Virus record (IMG/VR): IMGVR_UViG_3300020043_004206
Location: 1 to 41,902 of that record
DNA length: 41,902 nt
Strand: one strand, 5' to 3'
DNA from: a virus
Taxonomy: Duplodnaviria > Caudoviricetes
Position 1 is the stretch's first letter. Each line of letters begins with the position of its first letter. The position numbers were made by a program, and so were the translations under genes. The notes beneath the pieces were generated by a model. It worked only from the letters and a program-made list of their open reading frames with translations, ran no database searches and was not told where the DNA came from. Shown piece after piece: positions 16,486 to 23,688 of the stretch.

Positions 16486-17277
16486 TTAGGGGCTTTTATG
16501 AAAAATTTTGGAGTCGTCTGATGAATCGGGGTATGATGGCCTTGAAGAAGAACGAACCCCCGCCCCCCCTCCATCCATAGGGGGAGGAGGAGGTAAAAAG
16601 CCGGGGCCGGTGGGCTCAAAATCTGGCACAATGTCCACGGCATCAGAGTAACGGGGCCCAAAAGCAGGCGGTTGTTCACCGCTTGCACGGTCTGGCAGGG
16701 CATTTGCCGGGGCCGGTGATGCTTTTGGCGCGCGCGTCTGGCCGGTGTTACCGGTTGGCACGGGCTCCAATATCACACCCTCCACAACATCACCCCATTC
16801 ATCAGCCGCAGGGGCCGCGACTACTTCAATGCGGGCGGTGGCGCCGCCTGACAGAAGCTCTGCCTTCTCGGTGGCAATCGCGCTCATGACAGTAAGGGCG
16901 TGGTCCTTCATTTCCGGCAGCCGGTCGATGAGGGACGCACTGCCGAGGGCCGCCAATGTTCGCCAGTTGTTCGCCGTGATCTCGCGCGCGGCGGCGAGCA
17001 GTTCGGGCCGGTTGCGGATCAGGGCTGCGATCGTGTGGTGCGAGCAGTTAAAGGTCCGGCAGATTTCCTTGATCGGCATACCGGCCATATGGGCGGCCGC
17101 AATAGCTTGTGCGCGGTCTTCCGGGATCGTCAGGCCGGTGACGCCTTGAACGACCACGGGCAAGGGTTTCTCTGTTGGCACCTCTTCGCCCACCTTGGCC
17201 GGTGCGGATTCTTGGGCCCTAGCTGCCTCTCTGGCGGGCTTTTCCTGTGCCTTGGCTGTCCTGACTTTGGCGGTCAT
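16486..17277 (-). CDS. HTH protein, probable terminase small subunit, 263 aa
   Basis: HTH (GMPIKEICRTFNCSHHTI), helical core, EKAELLSGGATARIE segment and a long disordered tail. No other TerS candidate was found next to terL. Confidence 0.5.
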   Translation of the reverse strand: MTAKVRTAKAQEKPAREAARAQESAPAKVGEEVPTEKPLPVVVQGVTGLTIPEDRAQAIAAAHMAGMPIKEICRTFNCSHHTIAALIRNRPELLAAAREITANNWRTLAALGSASLIDRLPEMKDHALTVMSAIATEKAELLSGGATARIEVVAAPAADEWGDVVEGVILEPVPTGNTGQTRAPKASPAPANALPDRASGEQPPAFGPRYSDAVDIVPDFEPTGPGFLPPPPPMDGGGAGVRSSSRPSYPDSSDDSKIFHKSP

Positions 17278-17280
17278 ACA

Positions 17281-17496
17281 CTAGGCAGCCCGCACAATGG
17301 CAACCGGGACGGGCTGCATATTCGCGTTGTAGAATCGGGCAAGCTCTGCCGTGGAGACCAGCACAAGCCGGGGCGAGGGGCGGGAGCATCGAATTGCCCC
17401 GGTTGCAAGGTAGCGGTCTAGCGTCCGGCGGCACACGCCAAGGCGGCGGGCCGCTTCGTTCGGGCGAAGGTATTCAAGCGGGGCAGATTGCGACAT
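17281..17496 (-). CDS. Excisionase/Cox-like HTH protein, 71 aa
   Basis: YLRPNEAARRLGVCRRTLDRYL..GAI pattern (HTH_17/Xis-like); first gene of the leftward operon. Confidence 0.8.
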   Translation of the reverse strand: MSQSAPLEYLRPNEAARRLGVCRRTLDRYLATGAIRCSRPSPRLVLVSTAELARFYNANMQPVPVAIVRAA

Positions 17497-17511
17497 GCGC
17501 GCAGTTGTAGA

Positions 17512-17538
17512 CGGATAGCACACACAACGCAACAGCAA
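17512..17538 (-). promoter_or_regulatory. Candidate leftward promoter
   Basis: TTGCTG-15 nt-TATCCG. Shares CTTGCTG...TGTGTGCTAT..GT with the 5165-5193 element. Confidence 0.4.
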
Positions 17539-17627
17539 GTTTGGGAAACTTTGCGACCGCATGGGGTCAACACCCCAGCCGATTCCCGTTGCGCGGGCTG
17601 CATTTGTGTGGTCTCGTGTTCGGTGTT

Positions 17628-17903
17628 ATGAGCAAACAACCCAAAAGGGTGCGCACACGTTCGGCCCGTGACGTGACTGTGAACACCCGAGTGACAACCG
17701 AAACACAAAAGCGAGCAAGGGCCGCCGCAAGTTCGCTGGGCTGGGTCCCGGCAGATGTTTATAGGGCAGCCTTTTCGTGGTGGCTTGACTGCTTCGATGC
17801 AGCGGGCGGCCGGGAGCCGTCCGACATTGAACGGCAGGCGGCCCTTGCGTCAATTAAGCTCGCACATGTTCGAATCGCCGAGGCTCTAAGCGGGAAAAAG
17901 TAG
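17628..17903 (+). CDS. Ribbon-helix-helix-like regulator (candidate repressor), 91 aa
   Basis: Alternating strand VTVNTRV, helix ETQKRARAAASSLG and helix ADVYRAAFSWWL; divergent from the Xis-like gene. Confidence 0.6.
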   Translation: MSKQPKRVRTRSARDVTVNTRVTTETQKRARAAASSLGWVPADVYRAAFSWWLDCFDAAGGREPSDIERQAALASIKLAHVRIAEALSGKK

Positions 17904-17941
17904 GGGCCAAAAATAAATCTTTGCGACCCATCAAAAAACAT

Positions 17942-17970
17942 TTGACAGCACAGCACACAAGCGCCATTGT
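17942..17970 (+). promoter_or_regulatory. Sigma70-type early promoter
   Basis: TTGACA-17 nt-CATTGT with an upstream A-tract, in front of the small-gene cluster. Confidence 0.7.
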
Positions 17971-17980
17971 TCGCATTGTT

Positions 17981-18265
17981 ATGCCACACATGGACACACA
18001 CACCACAACGGGCGCGGGGTATTCTGCCGCGCAACAAATCCAGACTGTCGAGCTTCGCCCAACGCGCAGCACGATTGAACCATATGCCCATTACACTCTC
18101 CACGAAGACGGCAACGTTTCCGTGATCGTGCAAGGGCTGCCGCTTTGCATTCCGACAACGTTTGAGCGGGCGCGAAAGGTTGCACTGTCTAACGGTCTCG
18201 GAAATTTTTTGCCGGTCTGGGATGCGCAGTTCGGTAAATTTGGGGTCACTTGGCCGCGCAACTAA
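17981..18265 (+). CDS. Hypothetical early protein, about 94 aa
   Basis: First ORF after the promoter; start 17981 or 17990. Confidence 0.55.
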   Translation: MPHMDTHTTTGAGYSAAQQIQTVELRPTRSTIEPYAHYTLHEDGNVSVIVQGLPLCIPTTFERARKVALSNGLGNFLPVWDAQFGKFGVTWPRN

Positions 18266-18270
18266 TCGCC

Positions 18271-18354
18271 ATGAAAGCCACACTCGAAACCCTCGGCGAA
18301 ATCCTCGCAGTTCTTCTCATCTTTGCCATTGGATTCCTTCTCTTGGCACTGTAG
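18271..18354 (+). CDS. Hydrophobic peptide, 27 aa (not in the ORF track)
   Basis: MKATLETLGEILAVLLIFAIGFLLLAL; fills the gap after the upstream stop. Confidence 0.5.
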   Translation: MKATLETLGEILAVLLIFAIGFLLLAL

Positions 18355-18396
18355 AGCACACAACACGAAACAACACACACACAAGGAGACACACAA

Positions 18397-18588
18397 ATGA
18401 GCAAAAAACATCTTATAAAACTAGCGGACGCGATCAAGGCGAACCGCGAGCAATTCACGGAGGGAGCAATCATCGCCCTAGCCAACTACTGCCAGAGCGA
18501 GAACCCGCGATTCCTGCGGGGGCGCTGGTTGTCCTACATCGCGGACGAATGCGGACCTTGCGGGGGCAAGGTTAAGCGCAACGCCTAA
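18397..18588 (+). CDS. Small early protein of the NPRF-motif type, 63 aa
   Basis: MSKKH...LA...ENPRF..RW pattern; AGGAGACACACAA leader. Confidence 0.8.
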   Translation: MSKKHLIKLADAIKANREQFTEGAIIALANYCQSENPRFLRGRWLSYIADECGPCGGKVKRNA

Positions 18589-18610
18589 CAGTCAACACGG
18601 AGACACACAA

Positions 18611-19021
18611 ATGACCACAGACACACTTATTCCCACGGCGATCTGGCGCGATCTAGTCGCGGCCGCGATGGATCTAGGCACAGAGCACGGCAAAACGGCA
18701 GCCGCATGGTTCACTCAATACGCATTCGGCGGCCGCCACACCGGCGACAGCAAGGCGGCGGCGGCCGAAATCCTGCGGCAACTTGAAGACGTGGACCCTG
18801 TCCTGTGGGATTCCGCAAACGTGCCCGACCTGTCCGGCGAGCATGCAGACAGCATGAGCACCCGCCGCCTTGCTCTGCATTGTGCGGGCGCATGTGGCGT
18901 CGATCACGATGCGATTAGTCCAGAAGAGGAAGACGACCTTGCGCGCAACTACGAGGACAGCGCGCGCGATGCGTGGGCGTGGGCAGTCGAGAAGGCTGCG
19001 CGCGAATGCGTCGAAGATTGA
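18611..19021 (+). CDS. Acidic hypothetical early protein, 136 aa
   Basis: GGAGACACACAA leader; PDLSGEHAD motif. Confidence 0.8.
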   Translation: MTTDTLIPTAIWRDLVAAAMDLGTEHGKTAAAWFTQYAFGGRHTGDSKAAAAEILRQLEDVDPVLWDSANVPDLSGEHADSMSTRRLALHCAGACGVDHDAISPEEEDDLARNYEDSARDAWAWAVEKAARECVED

Positions 19022-19031
19022 CCCACCGAAA

Positions 19032-19055
19032 CCGCTCCCGGTTCGCCGGGTGCGG
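19032..19055 (+). other. UUCG-tetraloop hairpin
   Basis: CCGCTCCCGG-TTCG-CCGGGTGCGG, intergenic. Confidence 0.6.
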
Positions 19056-19108
19056 CACGGTGTGCCAACCGGCCACCAATCAACACACAACACACAACAG
19101 GAGACACA

Positions 19109-19435
19109 ATGAAAGAAACACTAACGACAAACGAAATTGCGCGCAAACTGCGCGAAGATGACAACGCCGGGTGGTCCTATGCTGGCGCCTTGGCGCTGGC
19201 CGAATACCTAGAGCAGTTGGAAGAGGACACCGGCGCGGACATGGACTTCGACCGTGTAGCGATCCGGTGCGAGTTCAGCGAATACACAAGCGCCCGCGAA
19301 GCGGCCGCCAATTACGATTGGGAACCAGACGAAGACGCCGACGAAGACGAAGCGGAAAAGTCCGCTCTGCAATATCTGCAAGACCGGACAACCGTTATCG
19401 AGTTCACCGGCGGGGTCATCATTCAAGACTTCTGA
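19109..19435 (+). CDS. Highly acidic early protein, 108 aa
   Basis: WSYAGALALAEYLEQLEEDTG..MDFDRVAIRCEFSEY pattern; AGGAGACACA leader. Confidence 0.85.
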   Translation: MKETLTTNEIARKLREDDNAGWSYAGALALAEYLEQLEEDTGADMDFDRVAIRCEFSEYTSAREAAANYDWEPDEDADEDEAEKSALQYLQDRTTVIEFTGGVIIQDF

Positions 19436-19448
19436 GGAGGCACACACA

Positions 19449-19706
19449 ATGGCAACACAAGCAACACACACCGCCGCGCCGAAACTAACCGCAAAACAGA
19501 ACCGAGAAAACGCGGCCCGCCGCAAACAAGCGCGCAAAGCACTGGATGCATACGCCGCGATCACCGGCCAGCACCGGGAGGATGACGGAACGCTATTGTG
19601 CGACCTTCTCGCCGATTGCATGCATCTCATGGGGCGCGAGACCGTAGAGGAAAGCATGTTCATGGCTTATGAACATTACGAAGCGGAGAGGAGGGGCGAA
19701 GAGTGA
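19449..19706 (+). CDS. Hypothetical early protein, 85 aa
   Basis: DLLADCMHL...A.EHYEAE pattern; AGGAGG leader. Confidence 0.8.
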   Translation: MATQATHTAAPKLTAKQNRENAARRKQARKALDAYAAITGQHREDDGTLLCDLLADCMHLMGRETVEESMFMAYEHYEAERRGEE

Positions 19707-19981
19707 AAACCTATTGGGCCACCTTCAACCGTTTCGAGCTTCAACTTCCGGCCGATTGTGTCGGAGATTGTCACCACCAAGGCGATTGCGCGGCAGACCT
19801 TGAGCACTGGCAGGGGCGGGTTGACCTGTCAGGAATCCCGGACGAGGCGTTAGCTGCCGAACTTGGGGAATATGGCGCATGGTCTGAAGAGGAACTAGCA
19901 GACCGGAAAGCAAACGAGCGGCGCATTTTATGGATCGCGGCCGGGAACATTCAAGACGGCGAAGAATGGGAGGCAGCATGA
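19703..19981 (+). CDS. Acidic early protein, 92 aa
   Basis: C.HQGDC..D...EL.EYGAW..EEL.D...N..RILWIAAG pattern; GTGA-coupled. Confidence 0.8.
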   Translation: MKTYWATFNRFELQLPADCVGDCHHQGDCAADLEHWQGRVDLSGIPDEALAAELGEYGAWSEEELADRKANERRILWIAAGNIQDGEEWEAA

Positions 19982-20157
19982 CCGCCGCCGAAATCCACGA
20001 AACCGCCGCACACTTCAACGAGCGCAGCGACTACGACATCCGGGCCGCCTTAGATCTATCCGCCGTCCTAATCAGACACGCGCACCTAGTCCAAATAGCA
20101 CGGACCCAAGCGGCAGACCCACAGCTTATGCTGCCCATAGAGGAGGCCACCCAATGA
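19978..20157 (+). CDS. Hypothetical protein, 59 aa
   Basis: GGAGG RBS; ATGA-coupled. Confidence 0.65.
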   Translation: MTAAEIHETAAHFNERSDYDIRAALDLSAVLIRHAHLVQIARTQAADPQLMLPIEEATQ

Positions 20158-20297
20158 ACACCGGCGACCACACACACAACCGGCCCATGGTCAACTGGTG
20201 CGCATTCTGGCAAGTGATGGCCGCCCGATCCACCGAACCGGCGCCATGGTGGGCAGTGATGGCCGCGAGGATCAGGCAATGGCTAACGCGCGCATGA
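20154..20297 (+). CDS. Trp-rich peptide, 47 aa (not in the ORF track)
   Basis: MNTGDHTHNRPMVNWCAFWQVMAARSTEPAPWWAVMAARIRQWLTRA; AGGAGG RBS and ATGA overlap. Confidence 0.55.
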   Translation: MNTGDHTHNRPMVNWCAFWQVMAARSTEPAPWWAVMAARIRQWLTRA

Positions 20298-20397
20298 GTT
20301 CCGACACTGGTTCCGGCAACGCCGGGGCCAGCACGGAGAGCATAACGCAATCCCGGCCAGTGATGGCCGCCAAACACATACAAAGGAGACACACACA

Positions 20398-20673
20398 ATG
20401 ACAACAGAACACACACCGGGGCCATGGTATTCACAGCCAACGGCCGGACACGAAATGCACGGACAAAGCGCGATTGCTTCCGAAGCAAACGGCAAGACCG
20501 TGGCGATTGCCTATTACGGACAAGCAGACGCGCGCCTATTGGCCGCCGCGCCGGAAATGCTGTTGGCGCTGCAACACATAGACAGCAACGCCGCCGAGTC
20601 GGTTGGATGGATTCGACGAGTCGCCCGCGAAGCAATCGCCAAAGCAACCGGAGAGCCGGTGATGGCCGCTTAA
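20398..20673 (+). CDS. HTPGPW/AAAPE-type phage protein, 91 aa
   Basis: HTPGPW...ADARLLAAAPEMLLAL pattern; conserved leader. Confidence 0.85.
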   Translation: MTTEHTPGPWYSQPTAGHEMHGQSAIASEANGKTVAIAYYGQADARLLAAAPEMLLALQHIDSNAAESVGWIRRVAREAIAKATGEPVMAA

Positions 20674-20701
20674 CCCAAACAAACAACAGGAGACACGCAC
20701 A

Positions 20702-20929
20702 ATGACAACATTCAAACTAGACATATGCCGCACCATTAGTGTGGTTGAACACATAGAGATTGACGCCAACTCAACAGAGGAGGCGAAGGCAAAGTTCGCG
20801 CATCAGATAGCCACGCGGAGCTGTCCCTCCGTCGAGGATGACGGCGTATGGGACGAGCTGCATAAGCTGGTTGTCGATGAGCCTTACTCTGGCAGCTACG
20901 AAGTAATTGGCGTCGAAGAATCTGAATAG
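20702..20929 (+). CDS. Acidic hypothetical protein, 75 aa
   Basis: IEIDANSTEEA pattern; AGGAGACACGCACA leader. Confidence 0.8.
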   Translation: MTTFKLDICRTISVVEHIEIDANSTEEAKAKFAHQIATRSCPSVEDDGVWDELHKLVVDEPYSGSYEVIGVEESE

Positions 20930-20945
20930 AAAGGAGACACGCACA

Positions 20946-21191
20946 ATGAGACCTACAAAAAAGCTAGTGCAAGAGTTGGTTACAACCCTTGAAAATTGCA
21001 GAAACGTCTTAGGGCAAGCCGTCAACCTCGGCAAATTCGGAGATATAAGCACGGACTCCGAAGATTCCCGCGAGGAGGTTGAAAGCGTAATTGACCGCGC
21101 AGATGAGGCAATAGACAAGGCCCTGCAAGTGTTACTCAGTAAAGAGTCTTACGCCTACTTACAGAAAGAGAAGTCAGTGATGGCCGCTTGA
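20946..21191 (+). CDS. Hypothetical protein, 81 aa
   Basis: Start MRPTKK follows an AGGAGACACGCACA leader. Confidence 0.75.
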   Translation: MRPTKKLVQELVTTLENCRNVLGQAVNLGKFGDISTDSEDSREEVESVIDRADEAIDKALQVLLSKESYAYLQKEKSVMAA

Positions 21192-21291
21192 CGCCCGACA
21201 CCGGCCTTTGTCCAATAGGGGCAGAGGCCGGAACGGACGGCAAACATGCTGCCCCGGTGATGGCCGCACCATCGACACAAAGGAGACACAC

Positions 21292-21582
21292 ATGAACACT
21301 CAGCAACCGCGATTCATAATGACGCGCGACCCAAACCTTCCGAGCCGAATTGGAATGGAGAGAGTCCCGTTCGCAATCATAGACTCAGAGGGCAATCCGA
21401 TGGGCTACGGCGACACACAAGCCGAGGCAATACAAGATGCCGCCAAGGCACTGCACACGGACACCGGCACGGTGGAAGCAATGCTGGCCAAGGATCAGGG
21501 GCCAGATTGTTTCCTGTGGGCTGATGGCGATTGGTTCGCCCGATGGCTGGAGATTAATCCTAACGAGACTTGGGGCAAGTGA
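21292..21582 (+). CDS. Hypothetical protein, 96 aa
   Basis: Start MNTQQ follows AGGAGACACAC; GYGDTQAEAIQDA pattern. Confidence 0.75.
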   Translation: MNTQQPRFIMTRDPNLPSRIGMERVPFAIIDSEGNPMGYGDTQAEAIQDAAKALHTDTGTVEAMLAKDQGPDCFLWADGDWFARWLEINPNETWGK

Positions 21583-21657
21583 TGGCCGCGTAAATACTAA
21601 TTCGCCGCTCACCGCACCGGGGCAGGGGCCAACCGCTCTTGTCCCGGTGACGGGGCG

Positions 21658-21978
21658 GTGATGGCCGCCGAGACCATGGAAAACGAACTAAAAATCCTAA
21701 GACAGATCGCAAGGGACCTAAATGTTGTTCCCGAGGGATTTCGATGCACGCCGTCGATCCAAGTCCTTTTGTGGGATGGAGAAGAGAATATGCCGTGGGC
21801 ATTCCGATCAATCAAAAGCATAGCCGAGGAGACCATTGATAAAATCGTGGGGCGAGACGGGTGTCCTCCTGACAGCGATCCGCAAGAATGGCTTGCCGTT
21901 GCTGACGCTTTTTCTGACGCGGGCAAACGCATCCGCGCCGCTGCCGAGAAAGTGATGGCCGCCAAGCCCACCGAATGA
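21658..21978 (+). CDS. Hypothetical protein, about 100-106 aa (start 21658, 21661 or 21676)
   Basis: Last ORF of the early cluster before the att region. Confidence 0.65.
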   Translation: MMAAETMENELKILRQIARDLNVVPEGFRCTPSIQVLLWDGEENMPWAFRSIKSIAEETIDKIVGRDGCPPDSDPQEWLAVADAFSDAGKRIRAAAEKVMAAKPTE

Positions 21979-22042
21979 CACTTGCGCATGCACGCCCCAA
22001 GCAAACAGGCAAATTCACTCTGTTGCCCGCCAAAGCGCAGAA

Positions 22043-22082
22043 GATTATGAGCCGCCTGCTCTAACCGTTGAGCTACACCCCC
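22043..22082 (-). mobile_element. Candidate attP: 5' half of a tRNA with CAT anticodon (Ile2-like)
   Basis: Minus strand GGGGGTG TA GCTC AACGGTTA GAGC A GGCGG CTCATAA TC gives the acceptor 5' strand, D-arm and anticodon loop. Similarity then stops, with no T-arm or acceptor 3' strand. Lies 128 bp upstream of the integrase. Confidence 0.85.
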
Positions 22083-22149
22083 GAAAATTAAATAACAGAG
22101 TAAATCCTGTAACACGTTTGGACACATGTGGAAACAAATTCACAAGAAA

Positions 22150-22206
22150 TGACGCACCATTTTGACACCGGACTTGACACACTTTTGACACACGGTATTT
22201 TGACGC
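22150..22206 (+). promoter_or_regulatory. TGAC(A/G)C direct repeats (candidate integrase arm sites) overlapping the candidate int promoter
   Basis: TGACRC at 22150, 22163, 22175, 22186 and 22201, plus one at 21976 on the other side of the tRNA fragment. TTGACA(22174)-16 nt-TATTTT(22196) lies just before the ATG. Confidence 0.65.
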
Positions 22207-22210
22207 CGTT

Positions 22211-23362
22211 ATGAAGCTAACCAAACTAGACATTCCCAAGCTCGGCATCCGTGGCACCTGCTTTGCCCGCAATGGCGGTTGGTGGCTGCGGTTCAGCGAT
22301 CCCGCCACTCGCAAGATGAGGCGGGTGAGCCTCAAGACCACGGACGAAAAGATGGCGAGGCAGAAGGGCATGGCGTTCCTCACGATTGCAGCCGAGCAGG
22401 GCATGGCCAAGCTCAAAGCGGTGGCCGGCATGCGCAACGAGTCGCCGACCATTGGCACCCTTGTCGAACACTACGAGAAGGTCAGCGATTGCGACACGGC
22501 GCACCGCAACATCTCGGCCCTGATGCGGGTCATCGCCCGAGCCAAGGGTTGGGATACCGGCGACCGGCGCACCATGAGCGAGGCGGCCAAGGCCAAAGTG
22601 ATGGCCGTCCGGTCCACCGAACTGACCGCCGAGACTGCCGTAGCCTTCCAGCGCGCCGATGATGGCACCAACAACTATACCAAGGGCACCACGCTGGCCG
22701 GCGCCAAAGCCGTCTTCGCCCATACCAAGGACTGGATTGGTTTCCCGCTGCCCGACCTTGCCGGATTCCTCGCCACCAGCAAGGAAGCCAAGCAGAAGTA
22801 TGATCCCAACAGCTTCCAGCACATCGCCAAGGAAACACTCGCTGCCATGGAGCAGGACAGCCGCGCCGATAAGCTGATCCGCCGCGCTTTCATCTGCTGC
22901 CGCTACCTAGGCATGACGCCCAAAGAGATCAGCTTCGCCCGCCGTAGTTGGATTGAGAGCCGGCCGAACGGGGCGACCATGTGCATCCGCGAGCGCCGGG
23001 ATCAGGCGTTCACCCTAAAGACAGGCGGCGCCCGAGAGCGCGATATTACTCTGCCGCCTTGGATGGCCGACGAGCTGATGACCGCTGACGATTACCTGCT
23101 GCCCTACGAGACCCCATTCCTTCGCTACAACTACATGCTGCGCGTCTTCAATCTCTGGGTCCGCCGCTTCATCCCTGACCGCAAGGGGGCTGCCTACGAA
23201 TTGCGCAAGCAAGCCGGCAGCGATTGGCTGGAGGCCACGGGCCAGATCAGTCAGGTGCAATACCTTTTAGGGCACAGCACGCCCACCACAACCGCCCGCT
23301 GGTATGCCACATGGCAGAAAGCCGTGTCCGTGCCGGCGATCTTTCAAGAGAGACCACTATGA
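22211..23362 (+). CDS. int: Tyrosine recombinase/integrase with an atypical active site, 383 aa
   Basis: N-terminal arm-binding-like domain (WWLRF...RRVSLKT); LGMTPKEI, LKTG, YELRK and LLGH...RWYA boxes. Confidence 0.88.
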   Translation: MKLTKLDIPKLGIRGTCFARNGGWWLRFSDPATRKMRRVSLKTTDEKMARQKGMAFLTIAAEQGMAKLKAVAGMRNESPTIGTLVEHYEKVSDCDTAHRNISALMRVIARAKGWDTGDRRTMSEAAKAKVMAVRSTELTAETAVAFQRADDGTNNYTKGTTLAGAKAVFAHTKDWIGFPLPDLAGFLATSKEAKQKYDPNSFQHIAKETLAAMEQDSRADKLIRRAFICCRYLGMTPKEISFARRSWIESRPNGATMCIRERRDQAFTLKTGGARERDITLPPWMADELMTADDYLLPYETPFLRYNYMLRVFNLWVRRFIPDRKGAAYELRKQAGSDWLEATGQISQVQYLLGHSTPTTTARWYATWQKAVSVPAIFQERPL

Positions 23363-23688
23363 AAAACACATCAATGTCAACGGGGCGCTGGCGCCTCACC
23401 GAAGACGAACTGCCGCCGCCATGCGTCCCGCTAATCATTGCGTGGAAAAAGGGCAAGCGCATGATGATTGACCATGACGCGGCATACGATCCCAAGGGAA
23501 AGTTGAAGCGCGAGAACTGGTCGCGCCCCGGCGATGTTGATTTTTTCCCGTGGGTGTATATTTACGGCAAAGCAAAATACACCGCCAAAGGATGGGCCTT
23601 TGAGTCTGGATACAAAGAACCAGCGATGGACGTGGACATCGACGAGCCGCCTTTGATGTGGACGTTTTACCCAGAGTTACCAATATGA
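23359..23688 (+). CDS. Hypothetical protein (DUF551-like), 109 aa
   Basis: WRLTEDELP...MWTFYPELP pattern; ATGA-coupled to int. Confidence 0.6.
   Translation: MKNTSMSTGRWRLTEDELPPPCVPLIIAWKKGKRMMIDHDAAYDPKGKLKRENWSRPGDVDFFPWVYIYGKAKYTAKGWAFESGYKEPAMDVDIDEPPLMWTFYPELPI

Larger units (their letters stand above)
20214..21962 (+). repeat. Dispersed, strand-polarised 11-mer GTGATGGCCGC (9 copies here)
   Basis: Copies start at 20214, 20256, 20360, 20659, 21177, 21257, 21579, 21658 and 21952. A further exact copy is at 23721, with GTGATGGCCGT variants at 22598 and 26443. Confidence 0.9.

Noticed and set aside
20198-20401. ORF reading the 11-mer as SDGR
   Set aside because: No RBS. The overlapping 20154-20297 frame has AGGAGG and ATGA coupling.
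20214-21962. GTGATGGCCGC repeats as a CRISPR array or integron attC sites
   Set aside because: Only 11 bp long, irregularly spaced (42-518 bp), non-palindromic and often within ORFs; no cas gene, and no attC R/L-box structure seen.
22043-22082. Complete functional tRNA gene
   Set aside because: No complete 3' anticodon-stem strand, T-arm (GTTCRA) or acceptor 3' strand follows, and I did not see the missing half elsewhere.
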